From positions 17,612 through 81,611 of the forward strand of contig MU619247.1 of assembly GCA_025201805.1 (NCBI GenBank): a DNA stretch of 64,000 nucleotides, given 5' to 3'. Source of the DNA: Parasitella parasitica NRRL 2501. Taxonomy: Eukaryota > Fungi > Mucoromycota. The position numbers and the translations under genes are program-made. The notes under the pieces were generated by a model. That model saw only the letters and a program-made list of their open reading frames with translations. It made no database searches and was not told the DNA's origin. This document shows positions 27,170-41,268 of the stretch, in pieces. Each line of letters opens with the position of its first letter. Position 1 is the stretch's first letter.

Positions 27170-27262
27170 GTATATAAAACATGTGTATAGTCTTTATTTC
27201 AAACTGATGATAGATAGTATAGCGAGGGATTGAGATGTATATGTATATAATAGGCCTTTCAT

Positions 27263-28724
27263 TTAGTCTGCTGACCCGCCAGTTCGAGAGGGAACACGAG
27301 CAGTAATTGCTTCGTCAATGGTATCCATACTTCGAACACTTCTCCAATCTGCCAACGTGGAAACGACTGATATTCGGTTCTTCCATTTGTCAAAATTCTT
27401 TTGTTTGTAGTTCAGCTCGTCTTCGTCTTCGTCAATAATGTCGTCCAGCAGCCAATCTTGCGGACGGTTGTTGGATGGAATTAGAGCACCTTGTCCTGCA
27501 TCAGTCATCATCATTTCGCGCTGTTCTTGGTATCGAACAAATCCAATCTCATTGTAATTTGTTGCATGGCGAACAAGAATAACTGCAGCCAGTTCTTTGC
27601 AAAACTCTTGAAGCACGATGTATGAATTGACGAAATTGGACAGTTTAGCGTAGGGATTGGTAACAGTAACAGGAGTCGCATTTGAGCGCTGTGAGTTTTG
27701 AAAGAATGCAGCGGAAGGCGAGTTAGATCCGTTGGGTGAGCCTGGGCCACCGCCTACACCCATATCTCTTGTGATCCTTAACGGCAGCAGCCCTGCTGAT
27801 TTGGTTGCTATTGGCGACGAAGGGTTGCGCGGTGAAGAAGGCATTAATGTTGAAGTCGAGCCTTTGTTCAGCACAAGCTTATTCAAGTTTGAATGATTTC
27901 GAGAGGTATTTTCGCTTGTCGTGCTCTGCAACCCTCCTGTGAGATTACTGTTGCTATTATGCTGGTTCATGCTCGAGTACAGATTATCTCTTCTGGCTTG
28001 AGATCGTTGCTGGTGATCGGTGGTGTGAGAGCCATTGGCCTGAGGTTGAGGAGCGCCATTTCCACCTGGTAAAATACCTTTCTTCTTGGCTATAGAGATC
28101 CGAGTCTCGAAATTAGGCACTAGCTGGGCCCTCTTCAGCGCTTCAAATGTCACTTGCTCCAGCAAAGCATATAAACTGCGGCGGATGGTCTTGGTACTAG
28201 GCAGAGCCCACACACCCCCATACAAGGCTCCATCTACGCCTACACGGACAGCGCGCCAATCGCATATAACACCATCTATACGCTTGTCAACCACACCTGC
28301 GATCTTTTGTAAAATACTGGTTACCAAGAGGTTCTGCTCCATTGGCAGTTCGAGCATGCGATGAAACTGGTCAAAGATGCGACTGAGAAATAGGCCTTCG
28401 TAAGATTCCGTCTTTCTGGATGTGTTTGTAGTCGTAGTGCTCGTTATGCTGGCTTGATCTGCAGCCACGTCTGTACCTGCAGTTGCTTCAGTCGACGCAT
28501 CTTTATTGATGGGTCTCGTAGGGCGTCCGTGTCTGTCTTCCGCTTCACGCTCAAAGTCTCTGCGAGTTTTGACAGGAGGGTAAGGCGTGTGCCAAAAGTT
28601 TTTGGCTAGTAGTGCATAGTGGAATCTTTCTTGGGCTTCATGGAAATAGTCATCGTAGCTATTTCCAGGAACAACAGCGTAAGGATTTATATTGTCGTCG
28701 TCTTGTGGATTATGTTGTTGTTGT

Positions 28725-28756
<32 letters not shown>

Positions 28757-31057
28757 AACACTTGCTGAGGCAAATGAATCTGACGCAATAACCGATGACA
28801 ATGGCGGCGTCTTCATTCTTTCTAGTTCGTCCTCCAAAGGCAATAGCGAGAGCACCCTAAAAGTAGACGATTCAATACCAGCCCAAACAAAGATGTCATG
28901 GCCAATACATACCTTTCCACAAGCCAGCGCACCTTTTCGGTCTTGGTATCCTTCTTGATAACACCGTCCTTGTCGCCCACGGCAAGATCATCCACTTTGG
29001 GCTCTTCTACGGTTGTCACGCTTATTCTATCGTCTACAATCTTGGACCCCAGCGAAGATGTATCTGTTGTATCTCTTGCTTCGTCTTCAATGTATTCTCC
29101 TTCAGGCGAAATGTCGAGATAGTTACGCAAAACTAGGTTGTAGATGGCAAACTGGTTGTAAGTTTCCATAATCGTGTCGAATAGGCGCAACGATGCCAAC
29201 GCAAGCTCATGGTTTTCTGCGTCAATACGATTGATGAGTAGCAGCCTCAAAGTCAATCCTTCATCTGTATCCATCGAATTTCTTTTTGCGCTTTCAGCTG
29301 CTCCAAGGTCGTCAGCCATTTTTATATCATCGTCGCTTGTAGTCTGCACAGACATGGATTCATCGTCTCGGTCATCATCGATAAGGTCTTGGATGGGTAT
29401 GTAGGTTTTGATTTCAGGTTCAATGTCTTTGCCAATACCGCTATCTTCTCCCAGTAAAACTACCAAAAATACATGCAACAGGCGCTGGTCTGTCAAAGAG
29501 CGTATCATTTCCGTTGTGTAGGCCGTCGCCGCCGTTGCAGTTTCTGCTGACGGAGAACTTAGTGCCGTACAAATAACAGGATGCCAAAAACTCGTCGTCA
29601 ACTGAGCCATCAATGCTGTCATGAGTCTTTTCTCTGCTACGCGTGCAACGTCATTGAGGTACTCCCAAAAGCTGTAAAACTCGTCAATCACTCGCTCCCC
29701 GTCATGAGCCGAGTCCAGCGTACGAACAAAATTGATATCAAAAGAGCTTCTCTTTCTACGCTTCTTTTTGAAGCTGCTCTGCGCATTGACTGTGATGATC
29801 AGACTGTTATTGGTGATCATTGCGGGTATAGAGAACCTGATGTGACGTCTGGACGGTCTGACGGATTGGATCCGGCTGTTACTGGAGATGGTGAATGCGC
29901 CTGCATTTTTTGGCAAATGGGCGAAAAAGAGGGCCAGTCTTTCCGCCTGGAGTGCGTTGTCAGTAGAGATGCTGTGGCAATGGAGAGTAACTTACCATCA
30001 CTTCGCAGAGATTCGAGTATTCCACAATGTAGCACACGTACTCTGGGTCATCCTCCAGCAGTCGCAGAGCAAACAGGATGGCCTCCCTTGCAATTTCACC
30101 CGTTTCACCTGGCATGTTCATGAAATCAAGAAGATATTGAAACATGTCAAAGCGAGGCTATGTTGATTAAGCATCCAGTCTGTAACTTATATCTTAATAG
30201 CCAACTTACTGTCAAGAATACTTCCCATGTAATCTTTTCCTCGGCGCTCTCTTTACGTTTATGTAGGGGTTTCCCATCTTTAGAGCATCTCCAAACGCTT
30301 TCACCTCTTGACCTACACCAGCCCCTTTCAAAAAATAAATCCATTAATGCTGCATTTGCTCCTTTAAAGTGAGAAAAAATGCCATGCATCAATTTTACTA
30401 GCTCCAAGGATAGCTCGGATATAGCCAGCAGCCTCTCCTCTGAGCAAGGCTCAGTCTCACTTGCCAGCTCCTCGTAATGACGATTGATCAAACGATGTGA
30501 GGAGCTAATCAGCTTTTGGAGCGGAACATGAACAGCTCTTTCAGGCAACAACTGGGCATGAACATTGGTAACTAAACTACAAAAAAACCTCAAGCAGTGT
30601 ACTCGCATGCCATAAGGTGTCTAAGCAAGTTGGTTGTTACGTAATGGCTCTCTCACTCTCACTATCTCTTTCCATCTCTTTCTTTCATCTGCTTACGTCT
30701 ACTTTGGCAAATTCAGCCAATTCCTCCAGTACGCGCTTTTGCAACAGGTACTCCAAACAAGGCCCCGTTTCCAAACTACCGCTTGCTCTCTGGTGCTCTA
30801 CCTCCTCGGCTTGGATCAGCTTGACAATGTTTTGTAAGCTGCACGGAATAGGTGTAAGATCAACAGCATCTTTCAAGGGATCTATCTTGAGTTAGGGTTT
30901 TTATTTTTATTTTGCCCTTCTGCAAGCAATATTCTCTCAATTTACCGGCAGCAGTTTCATAGTATTTCTGAATGTTGGTCCACGCTTCTGTCAGCAGCTC
31001 CAACTTTGACTTGGCCACATTTCTTCCAGAAAGAAATTTGGAAAGAAACATGGACAT
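27263..31057 (-). CDS. FHF complex subunit FHIP / FAM160 / RAI16-like protein
   Basis: ETGPCLEYLLQKRVLEEL, PYGMRVHCLRFF, AVHVPLQKLI, LLDFMNMPGETGEIAREA and the C-terminal EQNLLVTSIL and SYIVLQEFCKELAAVI motifs. About 5 introns. Confidence 0.85.
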
Positions 31058-31671
31058 GTTTGATGTTGGTAAAGAGAAGAAGAAGCGAGAGAAAAGAAAA
31101 CGGGCAAATTTAAATTACTTTTTGTGTATAAACAATTAATTGTCCAACAAGCAATAAGAGGGGTACATTTTAATCAACAGCCCAAGACATTAAATTATCA
31201 CCACAACTACAATCCAAGTATAGCAAAGTGTGTATTTCCGGGGAGCTCATCAAAAGTGCTCTTTGTTTAAAAAAGAATGGGGCTAGATATGTTTTTGGAC
31301 ATGAGCATGTTATGTGCCCTTTGCTGCTTGATTGCAAGCTCTGTAAACGGGGCCACTGCTTCTGACTACCCATTGCCATCCATGTGCTTTGTAGAGATAT
31401 ATCACTTGAGCAGGACAATATCCGCTCTCATTGGTTGCGTATATATTTGTACATGTAGATTGAGGAGGTTGTATTTTATTGGTATAGGGGACAAAAGGAG
31501 AGGGGGTGGAGGTCTTTACAAGCTATTAGAATGATTGTTCTAGATATGCATAATGCCAATACCATGTTACAATCAAATAATAATAAAAAGGCTTGTCGTT
31601 TGTTATTTATCCTTTTTCTTCTTTTCTTTATTCTTCACCATTTTTTTAGACAACTTTTTGCACGCACAAAC

Positions 31672-32558
31672 ATGAACAAAACCACTAGAAAGTGAGTAAC
31701 GTTGAAATTGTTCCATGATACACAAAAGCTGACACTTGGGTAATTTTTTTATAGACAAACCGATCTACCTAATCCAGACCCATCACACACATTCTTGATG
31801 CATCTGCCAAGTCAAACGCAACAAGAGAGCAGCACTGAACTTATATCATCCTTGTTGGAAAAACGAGTAAGCAGCCACATTTATTTTTTTGCTGTATACA
31901 CATCTAATTAATTTTGCTGCTGCTGCTGTGTTGATAGGGACCTCCTCGACCAATTAAATCTAAATCTGTGGGTCATTTACCTTTAGACGAGGAGGAAACC
32001 AACCCAATAGAATTGCGATTGTCTGCTATGGAAGATCGGCTACAGCAGTTGGAACGCAAAAATGACACACTACTACCGCAACATCAACCAATGAAACCAA
32101 ATCAACAACAGATGCACCAGCAGCATGATTCAGGCAGTCCACATGATTCTGTCGATGATGGCAACTACAAGGATAAATACTTGTCACTATTAGAAATGTA
32201 CAATAAACTCCAGCTTGGGCTGAGAGACAAAGAGTTTTATTATCAGCAAGAAATAAAGCGACTTCTAAAAGACCAGGATCGCCAAAAGACAGAGGAAAGG
32301 GAAGGTTACAGAAAAGAAAACGTTATAACAAAAAAGCAGAATCACCTAAAGACAGAGGAAAACGTCAGGGAAGAAAAGCAGGAAGCTTACTGGATAGAGG
32401 ACGGCTACATCATCTTTTTTAGTGTCGGCATCAATGGCGACAGTGTAAAATGCAAAGCCAGGATACCTCCCAGAAATCTTGACACACCTCCTGCCTCGAT
32501 AACTAGCTCTCCAAAAAGGGGTTTAAACCCAAAAGCCTCTATCTACCTGCCAAATTAA
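31672..32558 (+). CDS. Hypothetical coiled-coil protein with a C-terminal PAM2-like motif
   Basis: ATG 31672, two short GT-AG introns, then a ~200-codon open exon with heptad pattern (LRLSAMEDRLQQLERKN). AATAAA downstream. Confidence 0.6.
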
Positions 32559-32899
32559 CGTGTAAATATACAGCAATAAATAATAAATCAATATTCTATA
32601 AATACGCATTCATCTTGAAATTAATCTATCCATTGTACTTGTACAATGAAAACCTCAATATACACAGTTCGGCTAATAAATAATACAACCAAAATACATT
32701 GTCGTATTAGGCAATGATAATAACTGTCGGCTAACCTTGATTGACACCCAAAACATATAACTGCAAAAGAACCATTTAATACTATTGCCTCCAGTTAAAA
32801 TTTACCATGAGATTATACCTACTATGAAGACGAAAAGTATAATACCTATTTAATTAAAATGTTTCCGTGCCACTGCAATATTTTTAACTTGTCCATCAT

Positions 32900-34760
32900 T
32901 AAAAATCCATTGGTTTGAAAAGTTGTTTACTTGTGCTGGATTTATTTGGGCTAATACGGAGAGCATGTATTGAAGCGTCTTTGATAACTTGATAAGGTCA
33001 TCGTCAAGATACTTATCGTCAGCTATAGTGATGTCGTCTTTTCCAAGCCAAGTTCCTTACTGCATATTTTCAAACATTGTGTTGGCCCCCCTGTCGCTTT
33101 TCTTGATCTTCTTTCCATTGCTTCTAAACTTCTGTCCTCGTTTCTACCCCATTTAAAGTCATATTGTGTAATCGGATCATGTTGGTAATCTATGTATCGA
33201 TAGAGCTTTTTTCTTTCTTGCTATATTTATCCAAATATTCTTCCACCTCTTCGGGAATGTTTGGGTAAGCCTTGTGAACGAAATGATTTAATCCCATTTA
33301 CTTCAGCAATTGTGAAGTAGCTTTTTCAATTAGGATCATCCGTTTCAAAGATCATCGAATGCACAGGGCAATACCTTCTTTAGATATATAAAAACCAATG
33401 AGATCAATGTTATGTTTGAGCAGGCTGTACTTGTTCGAGTTCGATGTGAGATTGATGTCTCGGGATCGGTTAAGCACCATTTTCGGCTTTTCGAGGATTC
33501 ACAAAGCCTGTCTCCTTATCGAGAATTGTATGGACAAGGCTCAAATCACGCTGATTATAGCAAAATTTTCCAGCCAACTTCTTCATTCCATGATAAAACA
33601 ACTTAACCTGTTACCTAAGTTGGATCGTATGGTTGAGACCATATTTGAAATGGATTTTGACATTATCTTTTGCAGGGGAATTGACCACATCATGGCAAGT
33701 ACGTTATTGCGTTTTTTTTAGGCCATACAATACGCTGGTGAAGAGCGGTAATACACGTTTACTTGCATATCATGAAAGAAAGATGATAATTTAACAAGGT
33801 ATTGTACAAAAGAAAGAATGCTGGTCAAATAGACAGTTTTGTTGAAAAAGACATTTGGTGGACGAGGGAAAGAAAAGGAAGCTGATGATAAATCTATGAT
33901 CCCTGACTCATCCAAAGTAATTATTCCTCCCCAGAAGACTTCTCTTTCAAATGATTGTTAAGTTGAGACTTACAGATATTGAAATCTCTTATGAACGATA
34001 ATAATTTTTGGTTTACAACAAATATATTTTGATAAGTCGATTATTATTGTTTTCTTTCAGTAGCAGCCAAAGATCAACAACTTTACTAATTAGGATATCG
34101 GTCCGCCAAGTCCGTGTTATTCAAGACCAGTCTTTTCACCTAGTCCATTTATCACCGTTTCAAAGTCTAATGTATCGCAAGCTTCAGACTCTAGAGATGA
34201 TTCGCCTTGTTGGTAGTAAATGTGGACAAGAAAATCGGCTTCCACCAGGTAAGATTCCACTTGTCGATCTGTTTGTTGCATTAGCAAATGCGGCCACATG
34301 TCAAACGACTTTTTCTGGAGGGTCAGCTCGACTACATTTCTATGGAATGAAGAGCTGTTGTGTTTGCAAGGCTCGTTCACATCAGCCATGTGCTCTAAAT
34401 CACGCTATGTTGGACTTTTAGTGCCATGTATACACTTTGCATTTGATGATGGGACACAGTACCTGCTGGAGATGAATACTGCCATACAGTGGTAAAGTGA
34501 TTGTTTTTGATCTATTCAAAAGTTTTAGGTACCTTTCTGACAGTACAATTTGCACATCGTTCTATGTAGCAAAAGGGGTCAATGTTTTACGTCTGCTGTG
34601 CATCGTTAGTCGTCTTACAATATTAATTTGTAAAGTAATTGATTTCATTGTTTGCTTCCAGACGATGGTAGATGGTATAACGTTTGTACGTACAGACATG
34701 CTATAAGTGCTGCTATTTGTAGAGCTCAAGTCCATCAACATCATAAAGGTTATTCTTGGT
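32900..34760 (-). pseudogene. Degenerate multi-copy-type gene with a PD-(D/E)XK-like nuclease C-terminus
   Basis: Broken minus-strand frames including ..GKDDITIADDKYLDDDLIKLSKTLQYMLSVL..GFLMM and EEVEEYLDKY, with multiple stops and frameshifts. Boundaries approximate. Confidence 0.5.
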
Positions 34761-35303
34761 TGGTTTGTAGGGGAAAGTATATACAGTAGGGGAAAAAAAT
34801 ATATTATAAAGTGTGGAAAGAAGAGGATTTACTACGAGATAGACGCTATTGTATTTATACCATATCCTAATAAAAACAGGGATTATTTGTTGGTAACAAG
34901 AACAAATTTCATATATTTTCGGCCCGCATGAGGAGTTGGTACCTAACTCGAGAAAAATGTTACATTCACTCGCCCGCTTTCGGCGTGAAATGAGCTTTTT
35001 GGCGATATATGCAAAGAGTACATCACTATACGCATGTCAGAACGGAGATCGGGAGGCATATCTCATGGTGCAGTGGATAATCTGGGTAATAAATGTGATG
35101 CGATGATCTGCGAACCCTCCATAACACTAAATCAATGCTTTACTAAAGAGGTTGATTTCGCTATAAAACACCGAGAATGGCGAAAAACTCCTTTAAGGCA
35201 TTGTTTGTCTATAAGAAAACAGTGTTTATTTTCAGGTTCAAATTGTCCAAAATATATGTATATAAATATTGAATTTTGAATATTGTCGATAGCAAGGTAC
35301 GGT

Positions 35304-35344
35304 ATGTGTGAGTGTGTGTGCGAGTGTGTGTGTGAGTGTGTGTG
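35304..35344. repeat. (TG)n-like microsatellite in the TOP1 3' region
   Basis: Interrupted TG dinucleotide run. Confidence 0.8.
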
Positions 35345-35362
35345 ATTCATAACTAGCAAAAG

Positions 35363-38109
35363 CTAGAATTTCTAAATGACGATAGTTAGCACACTTTTTA
35401 TATGTTAGCATTTAGTGATATTTACCCAGTCGTCAGGAATGGTTTGAGCCCATCTAAATTTCTCCAGTAATGTTTTACTGAATACTTTTTCTTGCGGAAC
35501 ATTATGCTTTCTACACCAGGCGACAGTAATACGAGGGTCAATGTAATTCAATTTGGAAGTGCCCAAGGCAATTTCCTTATTTTCTTCTTTATCCGTAGCC
35601 TGGTTCTTGGTGGCAGCAATGCGGTCATCAATCTTGTGGATGGCAGTAACTAACTTTTCTACAGTCATATTCCCTTTAGGCTCAATCTTGTCCATTTTTC
35701 GCTCCTTCTTCAGGCGATCTTGAAGTTCGTTAACAGCCTTTAGCTTTTCTTTCAGTTCAGACTGAGGCATACGGGGTTGTTTATCCGCAATCAGTTTATC
35801 ATTTTGTTTTTCAAATCTCGATTTGATCTTTTCCTTTTCTTTCTCTACTAAATTGGCTTCGTGCGTGATGATCCACTCGTCCTCAAGATCAGACTCTGCC
35901 TCTGCAAACTCCCCCTTCTTTTTCATTTTGGGTTCCAAGGCGTACAGCTGTTTTCGAAGCTTCATTCGTTGATACTTTAATGCTTTGATGCGGTCGCCAA
36001 TCTTGGAGATCATTTGCTCGTGCGTTTTGGATGCTGATTTTTGATGGTTACACAGTACAGCTACTTGACGATTGGCACGATTGTACGATAAAAGTTTATC
36101 AGCAACAGAGTCGTTTGGCTTGGTCAATTCATCGACTTCCTGCTGGAAAGTGATAGAGGCATTGTATGTACGGAATACCTTGGCAGATAAACCCTTCATA
36201 TAGCTATTCAGATGCTTGTTGAGGCCCGTAGTCGTCAGTCGATCAAAAATCATTTCACCCTCGCCAACCTGCTTTTTGAAAATCTTGATGTTTTTGTAAA
36301 CTTGAGACTCGACTTGAACAGAGTTTTCGTAACGAATCGAGTCTTTACCCAAGAAGTCGAAATGTAGTGTATTATCAGGCTCCAAAGTGATGTGCTCGTA
36401 GCGAAGAGAACAACAACCAACAGTATCTGCCTCGTCTTCACCCTTTTCATTACCAGCTCTCAAAGCCAATCTATCAATCAAATACATGGCAGTGGCGCGC
36501 TGACGTACTTCACTCAGCTTGTCTTTCAGGTCTCTGCTGTAATCGTTACGAATCCTGACAACGTGTTTCTACAAGGTGAATGAGCACATATGCTTCCAAT
36601 CTGCCTGAGCGAATAGTTACCTTTAATTCCCTCGCCTTTTCGAATTTCTGCATGTCGCTTTGTCCCTTCCAGGTAGAGGTAGCAGCCAAAAAGACATACT
36701 TGATAGAACCGTTTATGTTTTCCTTCCAAGTAGCTAACCAAGTTGCAGTCTGGTCATGTACAACAGAAGCCCATTTATGGCCCTTGGGAGGCTCAGGGAT
36801 CTTTGCATTGACACCCAGATTGAGAGTAACCTGCTCAGGCTGAACACGTCTCTTGAGTTTACCTGTCTTGGGATGGGTTCCTCTTCCACGAAATAATCCT
36901 GGAGGTTCGATTCTAAAATTACCGACCTTTTCCTTGCGGCCGTCAACGAGGGCATAGATGTAGGGCTCTTCTGCCTTGACTTTTTCCTCTTTGATTCTCT
37001 ATTGCGGCCATGTAAATAACATGATCCAGGAAAATAAAATCACACAATTTGCAGACACAGGATGCTTACCAGTTTATCCTCTTTGGTCATTGTCTTTTTA
37101 TTTTCCTTGTCTTGCTCGAATTTGTTCCAGATAGGCCTGAAATCACATTTGCTGAATTCCTTGATTTTGGGATTCTTTAACGAGTAGATTAGCAGCCTCT
37201 TCCATATCATTTAGATTACGACTTACCGTGGGGTCTTGCTTCAAGATTTCTTGCCAATCATTAAAAAAGTTCTTTTGGAAAACAGGATTTTGACCGTGAT
37301 CCGTATCCATCAAGGCAGCAAAGAAAGAGGCAACCTCTTCGGCTTCAGGGCTCAAAGTAATCGGTTGGCCATCGTACTTCATCTTGACACCATGAGGGAT
37401 GTATTCAGGAGGGAACATGACGCCGTTGTGTTGAAGAGTTGCCCATTTAACGGAATCATCCGTCTCGATCTCTGTGCTTTGCTCCTCTTCCCACCACTTG
37501 TAAAAGTCGGGGTCGTCGGCCTCCTTCTTGACTTTCTTTTCGGGCTTCACAGGCGTTACTTTGCTATCTGCCTGTCGTTTTCTAGAAGGTTTGTCCACTT
37601 CCATTGGCTCGGATTTCGCCTTTTTTAATGCTTTCTTTTTCTGGGCCTGTAAAATGAGAAATTTAATTTAAAATAACTTTCCAAATTTGAAATGATATTT
37701 GTTTACCAAAGGTATTTCGTCCTCACTCTCGCTTTTGATTTCTGGTTTGAGAGCTTTGGCAAACGCTGGCACATTTGGTTTGCGTTCATTGGTCTGGTTC
37801 CGCTTTGCCAATGGCATATTGTCATCCTCGCTACTCATTTCTTCTGTTTTTACTTTAACAACGCGCTTTTTACGCCCCATTTTTTGAGAAAGAGGCACAT
37901 CATCCTCATCGTCGCTGCTGCTTTGCTTGGCTGGCGTGGGGGCTGATGGCTTTTTGATAGGGGCTCGTTGAGCCAGTGGGATATCGTCCTCATCGCTACT
38001 TTGGTAAGAAGGCACATCGATCTTATTGCCACCCGCTACTTTTTGTTTAGACATTTTAGAGGAAAAAAATATGTTAAAATGCATTACCTGGCTTGTGTGG
38101 GCTCGTCAT
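35363..38109 (-). CDS. TOP1: DNA topoisomerase I (type IB)
   Basis: [62 protein letters not shown] and catalytic SKLNYIDPR. Last intron gives WKF-stop at 35363. Confidence 0.96.
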
Positions 38110-38280
38110 TTTCAATCAAGTGTTTTATTCAAGAGAAAAAAAAAAACAAAAAAAAGGTGTGCAGAAATCCATTCTCTTTGAGATTTATAGAATAATTTTC
38201 TTTGTCTCTTGAAAAAAACAAAGTCATTTGCCCATGTAGCGGTTATCTAATGAACAACGTTGCTATAAATGAATGCGTTA

Positions 38281-39184
<904 letters not shown>

Positions 39185-40457
39185 GTCTCGTTATTGTGAA
39201 GAAGCAACGTACTGGAGATAGAAATAGATAAATGTGCACACGACACATTCAACGGTCTTTTAAAATACAGTAAGCAGTGAAGTCGAAAGGTGCACCGAAA
39301 ACCTTTGTCAAATCGTATAGACTGATATTGTGCCTTTCTCTGACTTTGGGAAGTTGAGATACACTGAAAGGAATGTATTATATTTCAAGTAATTTTTTTT
39401 AGACATTTGGTCAAATCCTGAAACTGTCTGTAAGTGCAGGTCTTTATGTCATTCTCAATCTGTTACGTCTAGCTAGCTAACTGATGTAGCTAGTCAGCAT
39501 GGGATATCTGCCTGAACTCTAAGACCTTACTCACATTCTTATTCTCTCTTTTTTGGAGTTTGGTTCTATAAGGAGTACGGCAAGTATAACTTTCCCTCTT
39601 TCCCTCTAATGTGAATACGGGGCCGGATACAACGTGGACATTCGAGAAAGAGGCAGTTGTATCAAAAGGAAAATGTGGACATTCGGAAATGTGGAAAGCG
39701 CTCTTTCTTACGATACATTTAAACAAGATATTACAACACGTTTGTAAACAATAGACTACCCAATGTTTAGTAAAATTTACTGTGTCAATATCGTTTTACT
39801 TTGCAAGAATATGCAGTTTCTGGGTATTTAATCAAGAACACTTTGACATATTATGACCATATTAAGGCACTATTTGTACAAAGCATAGACTTTTAATCAA
39901 AAAATAAATAAAAAAATTACTGTACCGTATGCCATCAGATGCCGCATTCAACAATATACAAACATACTTTCAACTTTTTTAATGACACTGACGAAAAAGT
40001 GTCAAAATCAGGATACAGAATGCTTGCAAAGAAGATTCAGCAGAATAAAATATCAAATGAAACGGATTTAACATGGCTATAATGTTTCAGAGATTTCAAA
40101 ATAGCTTTAATCATCGAAACTAGTGGAATAAAGCCGTAGATTATAGCACCAATAACATTTTATTAACTAGATCTTCATTGATCTTTTGAAGTATCTCCAG
40201 TGTTCTCTTCTCAATATTTCTGGAGCTTCTGTACAAGATTTATTTCTTCTTGCAAAGAGCAAATGCTTCAATAAACACGTTTGCCCTCTTATACTCCTCA
40301 ACTTACGTTGAACAACCTCATTGAGACCAGTAAATTAATTTGTGGATTTTAAAAGGTGGTCTTTCAAGAGGGACAGACACAGATTGTTGGTTGTATTGGC
40401 CTCCCATGTTTATGTACCATCTGCAAGGATTTAGGAAATAGAATTTTGACTAGATCC

Positions 40458-40499
40458 GCCGCACCCGAACTCGGATGTCACGTTTGCGGGTTGTGCGGC
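40458..40499. promoter_or_regulatory. GC-rich inverted repeat upstream of RPS24 (candidate ribosomal-protein promoter element)
   Basis: GCCGCAC at 40458 and its reverse complement GTGCGGC at 40493, about 95 bp upstream of the ATG in an AT-rich background. Confidence 0.35.
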
Positions 40500-40592
40500 C
40501 AAGTAACCTGTGTAAGCAAGCCTAGAGAGGAAAGATACGCATGGAGCAGACAGTGGCAAAAAGTAATCGCATCCTCTTTCGAACTGACCAAT

Positions 40593-41268
40593 ATGGTATG
40601 TATAACTTGAAGTCTATTACAGATAATTATCGATTAAAAAGCAAAACAACATACTGGAAGCTCGATTAAATGGAATCACAGACGGATGGATGGATGTGGA
40701 AAAACGATGCTACAGCATGCGAGCCTCAAGATCTAGTGTGCCCAACCAAGGCAAAGCTACAAAATCCAACAAACCCAGTTTGCCTTCTTCTATCTAGTTT
40801 CTCGCTCGCCAACTTGTTGTTTTGCTTTTGATCGAGACTGTCATTAGGAAACATTAACTAATATACACTGACATGTAGGCCGACCTTGCTGTCACTATCA
40901 GAACTCGCAAGTTCCTCACCAACCGTTTGCTCCAACGTAAGCAAATGGTTGTCGATGTCATCCACCCTGGACTCGCCAACGTCTCCAAGGATGAGCTCCG
41001 TTCCAAGATTGGTAAGATGTACAAGGCCGAGAAGGAAGTTGTCTCTGTCTTTGGTTTCAAAACCCACTTTGGTGGTGGAAAGACCACTGGGTTTGCTTTG
41101 ATCTACGATAATGTTGAAGCTTTAAAGAAGTTCGAGCCCAAGCACCGTCTTGTCCGCATCGGCCTTGCTGAAGCTCCCAAGGGTGGTCGTAAGCAACGCA
41201 AAGAAAAGAAGAACCGCGAGAAGAAGTTCCGTGGTGTCAGAAAGTCCAAGAAGCCCAGAAAGGAGTAA
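40593..41268 (+). CDS. RPS24: 40S ribosomal protein S24 (eS24); ATG-only first exon, intron 40596-40878
   Basis: ATG|GTATGT..TAG|[51 protein letters not shown], with strong codon bias. Confidence 0.97.

Noticed and set aside
40596-40878. Long RPS24 intron as a snoRNA host
   Set aside because: No clear C box (RTGATGA)/D box pair with a terminal stem and no evident H/ACA structure. Long introns are normal in RP genes.
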